Assembly (NCBI RefSeq): GCF_006345805.1 | Contig: NC_043008.1 | Location: 62,124,001 to 62,188,000 of the forward strand | Direction: 5' to 3' | DNA length: 64,000 nucleotides | From: Octopus sinensis | Taxonomy: Eukaryota | Part shown: piece after piece, positions 24,532 to 37,413 of the stretch | How positions within the stretch are numbered: position 1 is the first letter of the stretch | How the letters are laid out: every line of letters starts with the position of its first letter | Notes under the pieces: model-generated | What the model was told of the DNA's origin: nothing | Seen by the model: only the letters and a program-made list of their open reading frames with translations | The model's database searches: none | Position numbers and translations under genes: made by a program

Positions 24532-25946
24532 TTAAAGGAGAGAGGAATAAGAGTGGTGGGTGCTTAAAGGGAGAGCAATGAGAGAAAGACAGGCAGGGTG
24601 GCACTTTAGACATGTAAAGGACTGGTAGCAAGATAGGGACTAGAGTTGTCGGGCTGCAATAGAGGCGGTTTTGAAGTAGTACAGCCAGATGAAGTACAAC
24701 AGACAAAGTTGGAGAAAGATGGTTAAGTTGGTTCTTGATCATGAAATCAAGTGTTTAACTTCTGGTTTAGTAGATGCATTATGTTCTTTGATATGGCACT
24801 TTAGTTCCATGTTGCTCCTGTTCACAGATTTGGCAAAAACTGAATTTTAAAATTCAGAGTGCTTGGTCAGTGTCTGGTTAGTGCAACATCTTTAACAAGT
24901 CAAGGACAAGATGACCAAAAATAGTTCCAGCATGAAGAGATATACACCAAGCAGTGAACTGCTCTATCCTATCATTAATTTTTAGTCTTTTATTATAGAG
25001 GTAGCCAAGGTAAAAAAACACCTTATATGTGTATCAAGAGGCTGTTGTTTAGCTCTAAGGTCAGCCCTGATCAAGCTGACACAGGGTCAAAATAATTCCA
25101 GTCTATTTCTTTATTTTTGTTTCAGAACCAGTTCTACATTATCACATATATCCTTCCATTTTTTTCTTAAACAGCAACATGTGATTTGAAGAAAAATAAG
25201 TTGTTATATTCATTAGATCAAGCAATGATGTAGATCCTTGCTCACTACTTGCAATGAAAGAGGGAAGTTTCTGTACTAAGTGAGCAAGGATGCTATAACT
25301 ACATGAAACTGGAGTAATTAGGATGTAAAATAAATGAACAAGAGGGAGATAACTAGATAAAGGTAGATTAGATACTGGAAATGGAATTGTGGTGGATGAC
25401 AATCCTTAAGTTAGTATATTGAATTAAATAACATAATATTGGAAATAATGTGAAATATGAATATTTAACAAGAGACGCAATATTTTATACATGAAACTGT
25501 GAGAAACTCATCAACGGAGGATGGTTTATAAGTAGAAAATATAAAGATCCCATATAACCAACTCCATGAAATAAGTGTCAATTATGTTACTTTAAAGAAG
25601 GTAACGGCTTAACTGTTAAATATTTAAATTTTGTATTGTTTTGAATTTTTTGCATGTAGTTTGTAATTTCCTAATTATTTTCACTGATGAGATTGGTTGA
25701 ATGAAGTGTGGTATTTGAAAATAATTCTACAAATGAGTAAAGTGTGTAATAGCTGTAAATATTTTAATGCTAAACTCAAACATCTAGTTAGGAATACTAG
25801 TTCAATGAGGAAAGAAGACCATTAGCTCAATGACTTATACATACAAATATGTTTACACACGCATACATACATACTTACATACATTCATATATATATACTT
25901 ATATATATAAATATGCATACATATATATATATATATATATATATTC

Positions 25947-26105
25947 CTCATCATCATCGTTTAACGTCCGCTTTCCATGCTAGCATGGGTTGTTGGACGA
26001 TTTTGACTGAGGGCTGGTGAACCAGATAGCTGCACCAGGCTCCAATCTTGATTTGGCAGAGTTTCTACAGCTGGATGCCCTTCCTAATGCCACCCACTCT
26101 GAGAG
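25947..26105 (-). mobile_element. Family C RTE 3' end
   Basis: (cat)n cgtttaacgtccgctttccatgctagcatggg…gcccttcctaatgcca. Confidence 0.85.
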
Positions 26106-26419
26106 TGTAGTGTAGATAGATAGATAAAACTTACTTGAAAGAGGATGCGTGGCGTTCAATTATATTATAATATATATATATATATACATATATATATGAC
26201 GATGTTATATATATATACATATATATATATTAACAATTGAGGATAAAATCTTTAAAAGAAATTATCAGTAGTCAGCGTGAAAAACCTCGTAAGAGAAAAA
26301 ATCCGTAAATTCTTCCCCTTTGAAAATATTCATTTATATTAATATAAATTATATTAATATAATATATACATATATATATATATATATAACATAGTCATTT
26401 TGGGCACATCACTGAAGTA

Positions 26420-27902
26420 AGTTTATCTCTGTGTAACTTGGAAGTCTGCTGTCTCTCTCTATCAAATACAATTCTGAGCAATATGTGGCACAAAGAATTG
26501 AATTGACTTATACAGCTTTTGGTTAACTAACAAAACACATATTCTAAAACAAAAGCTTAACTTTGAAGATGAAGATTATCGTCTATCAAACTGTTGCTAT
26601 TGTAGCAAGTATATGTTCACAGATTGCCTGTCTACCCTTAAATATTCAAATATGGCTCACATGCTATGTTTTCTACAAGCGGTTATATGACCTGTTCACA
26701 TGATGGTTGAGTCCTTCTCGCTTTAAGCAGGCTATCCACTCCATCATGTGACAGACCATCTGAGTGTGGACAAATCCAGGTTTGTTTGCTGGAGCCTATT
26801 AGCAGCTTTAAAAAGTGGCTTTGCTCCCACTATTCCTCAGTGAGGTGGGAAGCACAATTATGTTTGGATATTAGCAGAGGAGGTTTATTTCGCAAGTAGC
26901 CACAGGTAGCCTTGAAGCATTACATCTTTTCCTGTCTTTCAGCAGAAGTCATATCAAGCATGGCAAAAGAGACCGATAGAATAAGTACTAGGCTTACAAA
27001 GAATAAGTCATGGGGTCAGTCGATTTGCTCGACTAAAGGCAATACTCCAGCATGGCCACAGTCAAATGACTGAAACAAATAAGAGAATAAAAAAAAACAA
27101 GAGTAACAATTTTGCCGTGTTAATGTTCTTTAACAGGTTGACCAAATCATCTCATCTAATCCTAGCTGGTCGCCTCATTCTTCCTTTATACACACAATAT
27201 ATTGGAACTCAAACCAGTTTATTTCTTCAGCCAACCATCTTGTTAAATTATTTCCATGCTCCTAATATGGTTGTGGAACTTGGATTTTCTGTTGTTGTGA
27301 CATCAAAGAACCCAAATTCTTTCATCAGCAGATGAAACTTCACTCTCTTTCTTAAGCATCAGGTAGTTTGACTATGTTTACAATAACTCAGTGAAGTGAT
27401 GGAAAGAGTGAATAGCCTGAGCTTTGAATCCCTAATAATCAAACATTGCTTTCGATGGGTTGGCTATGTCACCAGGATGAATGATGAATGACTACCTCGT
27501 GAAATCCACTTTAACAAACTGGCAGCCAGGGAAAGACATAGATGAGCCCCTCTTCAATGCTACAAGGATCAGCTAAAGTCAACTCTGATGGTGACCAGCC
27601 TCAATACCCTGGCTTTTGAGATGACCATAACCAACCATCTTGACTACTGAACAAACTTTAAAAATAATGTAATATTGGTTGAAAGAGAAAGAATAACAAA
27701 AAAAAAAGAGGAGAGATAATAGCAATGGAAGGCCAGACAGCAGCAAACACAACCGACTCCAACATTTGCATGTGGCCAATACAATTACATGTTCTACATT
27801 AGGATTGGCCTTGTCAGCCACATTTGTCACTGGTACAGATGGTCTAAATATTTGTAGAGGAGGAGAAATAAATCCTCAGATTCGAGGGATGAGCTGCTGA
27901 TG
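26420..27902 (+). mobile_element. Old fragmented RTE/BovB-type LINE (pieces at about 26420-26640 and 27310-27902), interrupted by a SINE B tail at 26960-27090
   Basis: VAQRIELTYTAFG*LTKHIF*NKSLTLKMKIIVYQTV; EVMERVNSLSFESLIIKHCFRWVGYVTRMNDE*LPREIHFNKL…CYKDQLKSTL; RIGLVSH; an RTE-like terminal stem cctcagattcgaggg. Confidence 0.8.
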
Positions 27903-28104
27903 TTGAAACATTTACAAGTTCCATTGGGGTGTCAACTTTTGATTATGCTTTATCAAAACCATCCAGATATCAGATTCAAGTATAAAACAGAAATGGATAG
28001 AAATGGAAATCCGAAAATATGGAATGAGCAATTCGTTTCATTACATAATTTTACAGTTGTTTCATTGACATTTTATCAGAAAAGTATTGCTGTATAATTA
28101 TTAT

Positions 28105-28533
28105 AGGCACAGGAGTGCTTTCCAATCACATGGTTCCCGGTTCAGTCCCACTGTGTGGAGCCTTGGGCAAGTGTCTTCTACTATAACCTCAGGCTGACCA
28201 AAGCCTTGTGAGTGGATTTCATAGACTGAAAAATGAAAGAAGCCTGTCATACATACATACACACACATATATATATATAAATATATGTATATATGTATAT
28301 GTGTGTATGTATGTAAGCATGTATGTATATGTATATATTTGTGCGTGTGTCTGTGTTTGTCCCCCATCATCGCTTGACAACCAGTGTTGGTGTGTTTACA
28401 TCCAGGTAAGTTGGCAGTTCGGCAGAAGAGACCAACAGAATAAGTCCTAGGGTTGATTTGTTTGACTAAAGGCAATGCTCCAGCATGGCCATTCAAATGA
28501 CCGAAACAGGTAAAAGAATAGAAGGAAAGAATA
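28105..28533 (+). mobile_element. SINE family B
   Basis: Family match with a small deletion in the head. Confidence 0.85.
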
Positions 28534-29183
28534 TAATATGTGTAACAATACATTGCTTCATTTTAACTATACTAATACCACAAAAATATTGACTCATCAG
28601 GTTTATGTACAACATCCATTTGCTGATGAACTTGTACATTCAAGAACATATACCCATTAACCAGGATGTTCGGATCACTTCATTTGCATATAAATAAAGC
28701 AAAAAAGAAAATACATAACAAACCATAAATTCAAATAAACTGGTAAAAAAAAAGATGACTCAAAGAGAATACAAAAATAAAGGTAAAAAATAAATAATTT
28801 AAATGGACACATAAATGATAGATAAATAGAATCTAAAAGTTTTTACTGACTTCAGAGCCATGTATCAATTAACAGGTAGGGTTTGCACTGATGTTATTAA
28901 GAAGGTTGAATGAACAATTAAGTGTCTACTAAGTAATATGATATTGCTGTTATTATCTGGTGTTAATGGCCAAAGATTTTTGTGAGTAGTCTATTAAGTG
29001 TGAACTGTGGGCTAAATTGTCTTTCATGTTCGCCCACACTCTCTCGGACACACACAGACACAGGCATTTTCTAAGATATATAAAACTGAGTAATTTCTTT
29101 GTTAAAGTGTGATTCTTCTCTGGTAATAAATAAATCAAGACGTCAATTAGGAAGATTTAGATTGTCCAGAGGGTCAAAAACTA

Positions 29184-29215
<32 letters not shown>

Positions 29216-29265
29216 TGTGTGTGTGCGTGCACGTGTGTGTGTGTGTGTATCTATATCCATACTCT

Positions 29266-29481
29266 CTTTACTCTTTTACTTGTTTCAGTCGTTTGACTGC
29301 GGCCATGCTGGAGCACTGCCTTTTAGTCAAGCAAATTGACCAACCCCAGGACTTATTCTTTGGAAGCCTAGTAATTATTCTATCAGTCTCTTTTGCCAAA
29401 CCGCTAAATTACAGGGACGTAAACATACCAGCATCGGTTGTCAAGCGATGTTGGCGGGGACAAACAGAGTCACACAAACAT

Positions 29482-29514
<33 letters not shown>

Positions 29515-29682
29515 CACATATATACGGCAGACTTCTTTCAGTTTCCATCAACCAAATCCACTCACAATGCTTTGGTCGGCCCAAGGCTATAGTAGAAGAT
29601 ACTTGCCCAAGGTGCCACACAGTGGGAATGAACCCAGAACCATGTGGCTGGTAAGCAAGCTACTTACAACACAGCCACTCCA
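29266..29682 (-). mobile_element. SINE family B
   Basis: Full family match. Confidence 0.9.
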
Positions 29683-29819
29683 CACGAGTGTGTACATGTA
29701 TATGTATATGTGCATATATGAAATGAATCCTAAAGCCTTCTACAAGTTTGTGAAAGAATCTGCCTCAGTGCACCACAAGATAGAACATTGTTTGAAGAAA
29801 AAAACTCACTGACTGCCAG

Positions 29820-30135
29820 ATGAAAAAATAAACGTCGCCCTTTTCAAGCCTAGGCAAGCTCATGGGCCCAGTTTCCCGGTTTCTGTGACATATGTGTTCC
29901 CCTCAGCTAGACGGAACACCAGTCCATCGCAGCGTTACTCAAGAAACAGGGAGAGAGAGTGAGAGAAAGTTGTGGTGAAAGAGTACAACAGGGGTCACCC
30001 CACCCCCTGCCAGAGCCTCGTGGAGCTTTTATGTGTTTTCACTCAATAAACACACACAACGCCCGGTCTGGGAATCGAAACCATGATCCTCCAACCGCGA
30101 GTCCGCTGCTCTAACCACTGGGCCATTGTGCCTCC
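29820..30135 (-). mobile_element. SINE family D, variant D2 (V-domain-like tail), with candidate 13-bp TSD ctgactg(c/a)cagat
   Basis: Shared D head, then ctgcgatggactggtgttccgtc…aaaccgggaaactgggcccatgagc. The flanks contain CR1-like scraps (NPKAFYKFV at about 29725; ILDFIQKKAIWL at about 30365). Confidence 0.8.
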
Positions 30136-30826
30136 ATCTGACTGACAGATACCAGGAGGATAATAACACCTGCCTCGATATCACTGCCAGCGCTGAATGC
30201 CAAATTCTCTAACAGAGTATCGGTCAGAGTATCAGTTTCAGTTTTGGCCACTTCAGTGTGGTAGTATCATATTCCTTATATTAATTTATTACAATTACTG
30301 CCATGCTGGCTGCTGCTGTTGCTGCTGTTGTTGTTGTTGTGTTGTGTTGTTCTGGCCATACTCAGCATCTTAGACTTCATCCAAAAGAAGGCCATCTGGC
30401 TACTTACCAATAAACTGCAAATAATTCACTGCAACTTGAGAACCACAGACATACTGTCTCCTCTGCTTTATCACTCTTGATGACTCTCTCACTCTCTCTA
30501 CCCCCTCTCTCTCTGTCCTTCTGTCTCTCTTTCTATCACTCTTACTCTCTCTGTAGTCATTCCATGTGTTTTCTTTTTTCCTCTCTTCTACTTGTGTCAG
30601 TCATTGGGCTTTGGGCATTCTGGTGCACCACCTAGAAAGGTTCAGTCAAACAAAATTGATCCCCAGTATTTATTTTATAACCCGCTACTTAATCTATTTA
30701 TATTGCTTGCCAAACTGCTAAGTTATAAGGATGTAAACAAACCAACACATGTTCAAGATGCAGTGGGACAATCTGAAACCAGATGGCTGCAAACTGAGCT
30801 TCTTAACTCCATAGCCATATATTATG

Positions 30827-30875
<49 letters not shown>

Positions 30876-31074
30876 GTGTATGTATATATGTGTGTGTGTC
30901 TGTGTGTACACATACATGCATACACACACACATGCATGAATACATACAGAGTGCGATAGGTAAATTGTTGCCATTTGTATTTATAATTTTGTGAATGTGC
31001 ATTGTTTTGTTTTTGATTTTGTTGACTACACAGTATAGTAGGGTCAGTTGGGCACCGCCTGTGAGGAAAACAGC

Positions 31075-31626
31075 ACCATGACGCAATTCACTCTGTCAGA
31101 AATTTGGAAACAACATGCTGTACTGCTTCACAGGTGTGACAGAAGCTCCAATACGGATATTTCAGAGTGTTTGGGTGTCTATCTAAGGACAGTGCAGAGG
31201 ATTCGGAAAGAGTTGGATGAATATAATGGTGATTACAAATGTATAGCTGCTTGGAAAACACTCTGATCGTTCTGATAAGAAAAGAACTCCTGAATTTCTT
31301 GGTGAGATCCTGGCCATGATTGGCAACGATCCCTCCAAGTCAATCAGATCCATCGCCAAGGACATGGGTGTGTCTGAATTACTAATCAGGCAGGTAGTGC
31401 ATGAAGACATTTGGTATTCCTCATACAAGATGAAAATAGGCCAATTTTTATCCCAAGCCATCGGGGACAAGAAGAAACACCACACTATGAGACTTTTGAA
31501 CAAACTCAAGCATCCCTCCAACTGAACATGATTTGGTTTTTCTCAGATGAGAAAAATTTCTGCCAGGATAAGATGCTGAACACACAGAACAACTGTAGGC
31601 CTGCCATGTCCCCAAAACATGTACTG
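31075..31626 (+). mobile_element. Tc1/mariner-superfamily transposase pseudogene (HTH region through the first catalytic Asp), truncated by a SINE B head at 31627-31686
   Basis: …ISECLGVYLRTVQRIRKEL… / KRTPEFLGEILAMIGNDPSKSIRSIAKDMGVSELLIRQVVHEDI… / WFFSDEKNF, in three frames. Confidence 0.85.
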
Positions 31627-32274
31627 AGGTGCAGGAGTTCAGTCCCTCTGCATGGAACCTTGGGCAAGTGTCTTCTACTATAGCCTCTCAGCTTCACACA
31701 CTTATTGCAGCAGTCCTTCAGCTTTCCTCAAACCTGTAAAAGAACTTGGAAAGTTGGGCCCCCAACTAGGCCTTTTGCAATAACCCTTAAAGCCAGGAAT
31801 TTTTCAGCACCCACTTCGTATTTAAGAACACTTAGAAAGAGAAGCCTGTTTCACAAACTGAAAATCATTATTATAGAAAAAATTAAATTCTATGTTATTT
31901 TGTATAGAGACAACTGAAAACTCTATTGGCTGCTCCAACCATGCATTAGTGATTCTAATGCTATGTCACACTTAAGTATAAGATTATGTCAGCATCAAAG
32001 GATTTAAGATAAAACTAGTGTGTAACTTTAAAAGTATACTTTTGTTACCATTGATAATATTCAGAATGATCCCACTTATGCAATAGTTACAGATTGTTAT
32101 GAAATTTCTTGCCGTTTATACAAATGTATGAATTGAATTCTAATTTTCCAAAAACAAAAAAATTATTATTACCTTTAAGGAAAATAAAATTTGATAAAAT
32201 GGAATAAATTTCTCTTCTGTTTAGCTCTTCTCATAAGTACTCTAGCATTTATTCTTCCTCCTTTTACTCCTTGT

Positions 32275-32455
32275 CCTTCTCCTCCTTCTGCTGCTCCTCC
32301 TCCTCCACATTATCATCATCACCCTTCTCCTCCACATCACCCTTCTCCTCCACATCACCCTTCTCCTCCACATCACCCTTCTCCTCCACATCACCCTTCT
32401 CCTCCACATCACCCTTCCCTTCCTCCTTCTCCCCCTCCTCCCTCTCCCCAATTTC
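32275..32455. repeat. 18-bp minisatellite (ccttctcctccacatcac) x4-5 within a CT-rich tract
   Basis: Direct inspection. Confidence 0.95.
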
Positions 32456-32465
32456 TATGATTCTT

Positions 32466-32680
32466 TCTCTTCTACACTAGGCGCAAGACCCAAAATTTTT
32501 GGGGAAGGGGCCAGTTAATTAGATCGACCCCAATATGCAACTGGTACTTAATTTATCGACTTTGAAAGAATGAAAGGTAAAGTCAACCTTGGCAGAATTT
32601 GAACTCAGAACATGAGGACAGACGAAACACTGCTAAGCATTTCGCCTGGCATGCTAACGTTTCTGCCAGCTTGCCACCTT
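32466..32680 (-). mobile_element. SINE family A (A2 tail)
   Basis: Family match. Confidence 0.85.
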
Positions 32681-32859
32681 TTCTGTGATTCTTTCTCTTT
32701 CACCGTGTGTAAGCGGCATTCCTTTACCAAATCATTGCCTGTTACCAAACCTGCTATTTACTCTCATACTGCATCTCTTATGTGAACTCTCCTGGTATCC
32801 CTATTTAACACTCTCCTCCTCTCTATACGATACCCATTATTATTACTCTTTTATTCTTT

Positions 32860-33176
32860 TATGAATGTTTCAGCTTTTCCCAAGGTGTCATGCAGTGGGA
32901 CTGAACCCAAAACCATGTTGTTGGTAAACACACCAAGCGATGATGGGGGGGGGGCAAACACAGACACACAAGCATATACATACATATATACAAATATATA
33001 TATATATATATATATGACGAGCTTCTTTCAGTCTCTGTCTACCAAATCCATTCACAAGGCTTTGGTTGGCTTGAGGCTATTGTAGAAGACACTTGCCCAA
33101 AGTGCCAGACAATGGGACTGAACCCGGAACCATGAGGTTGGTAAGCAAGCTATTTACCATATAGTCACACCTGCAC
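32860..33176 (-). mobile_element. SINE family B, rearranged and partial
   Basis: The head segment (…aaggtgtcatgcagtgggactgaaccc…) appears twice, at about 32880 and 33095. Confidence 0.75.
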
Positions 33177-33714
33177 CTTTAAGTATACTAGATCATTGTT
33201 ACAACAGCTTCTGATTTTCTACTTTTATAATTAGCTTGTTACTTATTACCTCCATCTAATTCAGTCAAACACAACTGTCTTTCTTTCAGTTTCTCTAATG
33301 TCCCTCCTCCTTTCATTGCTTCTAATGTCTCTCTTCACAGTTTCACACTAGGCATATATCTCAGTTTTTTTTTTCTCCAGAGTGTAAACATATCATAATT
33401 CCCTTTTCACACTTTCTCTTACAGTTTTTCCTAAAGATGTTATCTTACAGATAATCATGTCTGAATATTAATCATATTAATTGCATTAGTTACAGAAGGC
33501 CTGCAAAGGTGATACAAAACAGCTCAGAGGGAAGTGTGAAGGTCACAAGCAGTATGACATATAGCATTTACGTGTGACCATGGACCCAAATCTTTAGAAC
33601 AGTGATCATAATACTTTCTCTATGACTAGACACCTCTTTCAAACGCATGGAGAAATCTTATTCTTTAATCAATTACTGAAAAATATTTAGTGAAATACAT
33701 GGTATTATGTAATA

Positions 33715-33925
33715 AGCACTCGTGCCAGTGGTATGCAAAAAGCATGCCCTGGCTGGTGTTAAGAAGGTCATCCAGCCATAGAAACCATGCCAAATCTGAT
33801 TGAAACCTGGTGCAGCTCACCAGTTACCAGTTTTCAGTCAAACTATCCAACTTATGTCAGCATGGAAAACAAATATTAAATGATGATGATGATGATGATG
33901 ATGATGATTATGATGGTAATGGTGT
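33715..33925 (+). mobile_element. Family C RTE 3' end, degenerate
   Basis: gttaagaaggtcatccagccatagaaac…agcatggaaaac…ttaaa(tga)n. Confidence 0.75.
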
Positions 33926-34385
33926 TCAGGCTAGAGTTGACAAATTTTATGCCTCCTTTTTTTTTTCAGTAACAGCTTCAATGTTTTTTCCCCTTGTAGA
34001 TTTTAATTTATATAAAATAAAAAAATCAAGCTAAACATTAGTCGTATCAATCCCATGAGTCGCAGAAGGGTTGCAAAAGAAGTAAAAAGAGACCGTGTCA
34101 GACATGGACTGACGCAAACAAAATACTGCTGTAACAAGAATACAGTATTAAAGTAGTTATGGTATGAGGAAGACTTGACTGCTATTTCTAACAGGCTGTG
34201 TAGCCAGATAGAGTTTCCCTATCTGTTTGACGTTGGCTTCACTGGATAATTTAGACATATATAATCTGCAGAACAATAAAAATCAAGCCCACAAAACGTA
34301 ATTGTCTGGAAGAATTTATATGAAATCGTCTCCACAAAGACCCCATAGTGATAGCTAATGTATAACAACTGACAAACTAACATAC

Positions 34386-34410
34386 TTAATAAGACTTGAT
34401 AATATTTCAT
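34386..34410 (-). CDS. Speculative first coding exon MKYYQVLL(I), start of a putative signal peptide
   Basis: ATG followed by a phase-1 gtatgt donor. Joined to 16821-16899 it gives MKYYQVLLILLPSLQG-LKC. It was found by searching for such a piece, so a chance match is plausible. Confidence 0.15.
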
Positions 34411-35321
34411 TATGTGAAAGTTGGTGTTTGAGAATTATTGGTTGAAAGTATCAAAGAATATAATGACTTTTCAACTATACAGAGCATTATAATGCCTCTA
34501 GAAAAAGAAAGATAATAAAATTAATTCTACTGAAACATCCAATTTCCTGCTAAATTTCAGTGAAACAAAGAAAAGCACAATTCTATCTGACTGTTCTGAA
34601 AATATCCTTCAATTTGCTCTGAGACAAAAAGAAATATTAAACACATTATCGCTGTGTGAAATATAATTTCTCTAACCTGAAACATGCAGCCAATAATCAT
34701 TATAGAAATACAGACATGCACAAGCTTGCAAGAAAAATATTCTGATGCAACTAAATGCATTTATCTGTAACTTCTTGACTTTGTGTTTCAAACTTTTAGA
34801 ACAAATAATAGGATTTTCACTTCTGTTATGTACAACGATGCACTGAGTTATTGAGAGAAATATACAATAATTCTGGTTTTTGTCTAAGAAATAGGTACAA
34901 TTCCACATATAAAAAAGGAAAATGCTATTATGCCTAATAATTTTTTCTATTTCCCTTTGTGTTTCCGAAGACTAGAAACAAATACTCCAGACATCAATTG
35001 GTAATGTTTTTATGCAGAGTATTGTTTCAGCTAGTGAAGTCATGCTTCATATATTTCTTTCAATGGAGTCATAGGTAGTCAAGACAATAGGGTGGCTCGC
35101 TGGTGACTAAAAAGAGATTTGGTTATGATGTATAGAAACAGTTTCTGCATGAGAGATGAAACACTGGGTAAAGAACATAACACAATTCAATACAAGATTT
35201 AGTCCAGAACCACACGAACAGTGCTTGTGACCTTTGCAGTCTCTCCTAGACTGGTGAGATTTATGCTGCTGACGTCTGGTCTGAATATAAGCAGTCTAAT
35301 GCCAGCAGGATGAGTTGTTTG

Positions 35322-35626
35322 TTAGTTTGTTCCTTCTCGAGCCATGCCTGGCTCATAAGGGCCGGTCTCCCGGTTTCCTTGGTGTATAGGTTCCCCACCT
35401 GAACAGGACACCGGTCCATCACAGGTGAGCGGCAAGATGCAGGAGGAATGAGTGAGAGAAAGTTGTGGCAAAAGAGTCAGCAGAAGTTCACCATTATCTT
35501 CTGCCAGAGCCGTGTGAAGCTTAGATGTTTCACTCATAAACACACACATCGATGAATCTGAGATTTGAACCCGTGATCTCTCGACCGCGAATCTGCTGCT
35601 CTAACCACTAGGCCATGTGCCTCCAC
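35322..35626 (-). mobile_element. SINE family D, variant D2
   Basis: D head plus gtgatggaccggtgtcc…aaaccgggagaccggccc tail. Confidence 0.8.
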
Positions 35627-35930
35627 AGCAGAATAAATGCTGACTGGTGAATAATTAGAGTCCATGTGCTTATGTGCATGTGTAGGGGGTTTGTGTCCCC
35701 TGGTTTTGGCATTGCTCAGCAGATATGAAATATGCATTCTCATCACACAAGCAGTGTCCCGCATTCAGGTCTTCTGTTCAAAGATATCCAGCCATGGGGA
35801 AATATTACCTTGCTTTGAAGCAAATGAGGATTAGTGACAGAAATGGCATCAAGAAATCCTGTCTGCTCCATGGAAGTAGGGCAAGGGGCTATTAAAAGTA
35901 GGACAATGATTGTAAGTATATACATACATA

Positions 35931-37413
35931 TGAAGGTTGGCTAAAAAGTTCATACATTGGCTAAAACTCTCTCGTGGAATATGACCAAATGGAGTTTATT
36001 TTTCAACATAGTCCTCCTTGTGGTTCACACACTTCTTTCATTGGTGTTTCACTGATTGCATCTCGTTGGTGAAGAAGCATTCATCCTGTTGCTCACAAAA
36101 AGTCATCAACAGTAGGTATGACATCATCCTTGTGATATTTATTCCCAACCAAGTGTTTTTTTCATGTTAGGAAACAGATGATAGTCAGATGGGGCCAAAT
36201 AAGAAGAATATGGAGTCAGTTTAAGCCAATATCATGCACAGTAGCCACTGAAACCAAGAACTTGTGTGCTGGAGCATTGTTCTGAGGAAACAAGAGCAAT
36301 TTCTTCAGTTTTCCTGGCCATTTGGCATTGAGAGCTTTTCATAACTGCCTCAGCAAGTTTGCATATTACTCTCCATTGATGGAGTGGCCCTTCAGAAGAC
36401 AGTCAATAAATGTAATGCTTTTTGCATACTCTCACTAAAGAACTGAAGCCGTCACCTTCCCTGCAGATGAAATGACTTCAGTTTCTTTGGAACCAGGGAG
36501 GAGAGATGTTTCCACTGCATGAATTGTCTCTTTGTCTCTGGATCAAAGTGATGAATCCAAAACCGATCCTGGATTAGGAAATGATCAAAGGAACCAGCTG
36601 GATCTGCCTATAAAAATGTTAGGTTTTTCCTAATGTTAGGTTGGTGTGCTTTTGATCAAGTATCAGAAGATGTGGCACCCAGGGATCAAAGACCTTAACC
36701 GTGCCAATTTCATCGTACAGAATATTCTCAAATCTCTCTCAGGATATGCTAATAGCATTGACTATTTGATTTATAGTCAAATGCCTGTCATCCATTGGCA
36801 TGTAATGAACATTATCAATATTTCCTTTGGTAGCAGCAGTTGCAGGACATCTAGACCTTGAGTCATCTTCAAAACTCTCCCTTCCCTCTTAAATTCAGCT
36901 GCCCACTTGATAAAGCTGGAGTGTCATCCCCTAAAGTAATGAACACGTCAGCATAAATGTCAATGGGGAATAAACCATTTTCCTGCACAATGCTTAAATT
37001 TTGCCAATTTTCAAGAGAAGTCACTACTAGTTACATCTGAAGTCTTTGATCAGTCAGATGTCAGTTTACCTGAAATGAAACAATGCAGTTATTAACTCTT
37101 TCGTTACCATATTTATTTTGAGATGCTCTGTGTTTCTTTCAATTACTTTAAATATAACAAAAAATTTAGTAAAATGACTTAGTTATCATTCAGCTAGTGT
37201 TAGGAACATAAATTGTGACTAAGGTTTGGTGGAAGATTTTAATTCAAAACTTTTGAAAACAAGATTTTTTTTACTACAGAGCCAGAGCTGGTTTCAGCCT
37301 CGTTGGTAACAAAAGGGTTAATAAGAAAATTTGAAACTAATGCATACAAGATTTCACAGGTCTAGTATCGATCCTTCATAGTCACCCTATGAACATTTTA
37401 GCCCAGCTTTTCA
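35931..37413 (-). mobile_element. Full-length decayed mariner (DD34D-type) transposon with both TIRs
   Basis: TIR cores ggctaaaaagttcata and ggctaaaatgttcata (1 mismatch in 16). Minus-strand remnants include WIHHFDPETKRQFMQW, QNNAPAHK and YSSYLAPSDYHLFPNMKKHLVG, with stops and frameshifts. Confidence 0.9.
37096..37317. mobile_element. piggyBac-type MITE (family G) nested in the 5' region of the mariner, TTAA TSD
   Basis: TTAA-ctctttcgttacc … ggtaacaaaaggg-TTAA. Confidence 0.9.

Noticed and set aside
32191-32460. Signal-peptide-like start plus extensin-like (HHPSPP)n ORF
   Set aside because: It has a TTG start and is produced by an 18-bp CT-rich minisatellite. There is no Kozak ATG, splice or polyA support.
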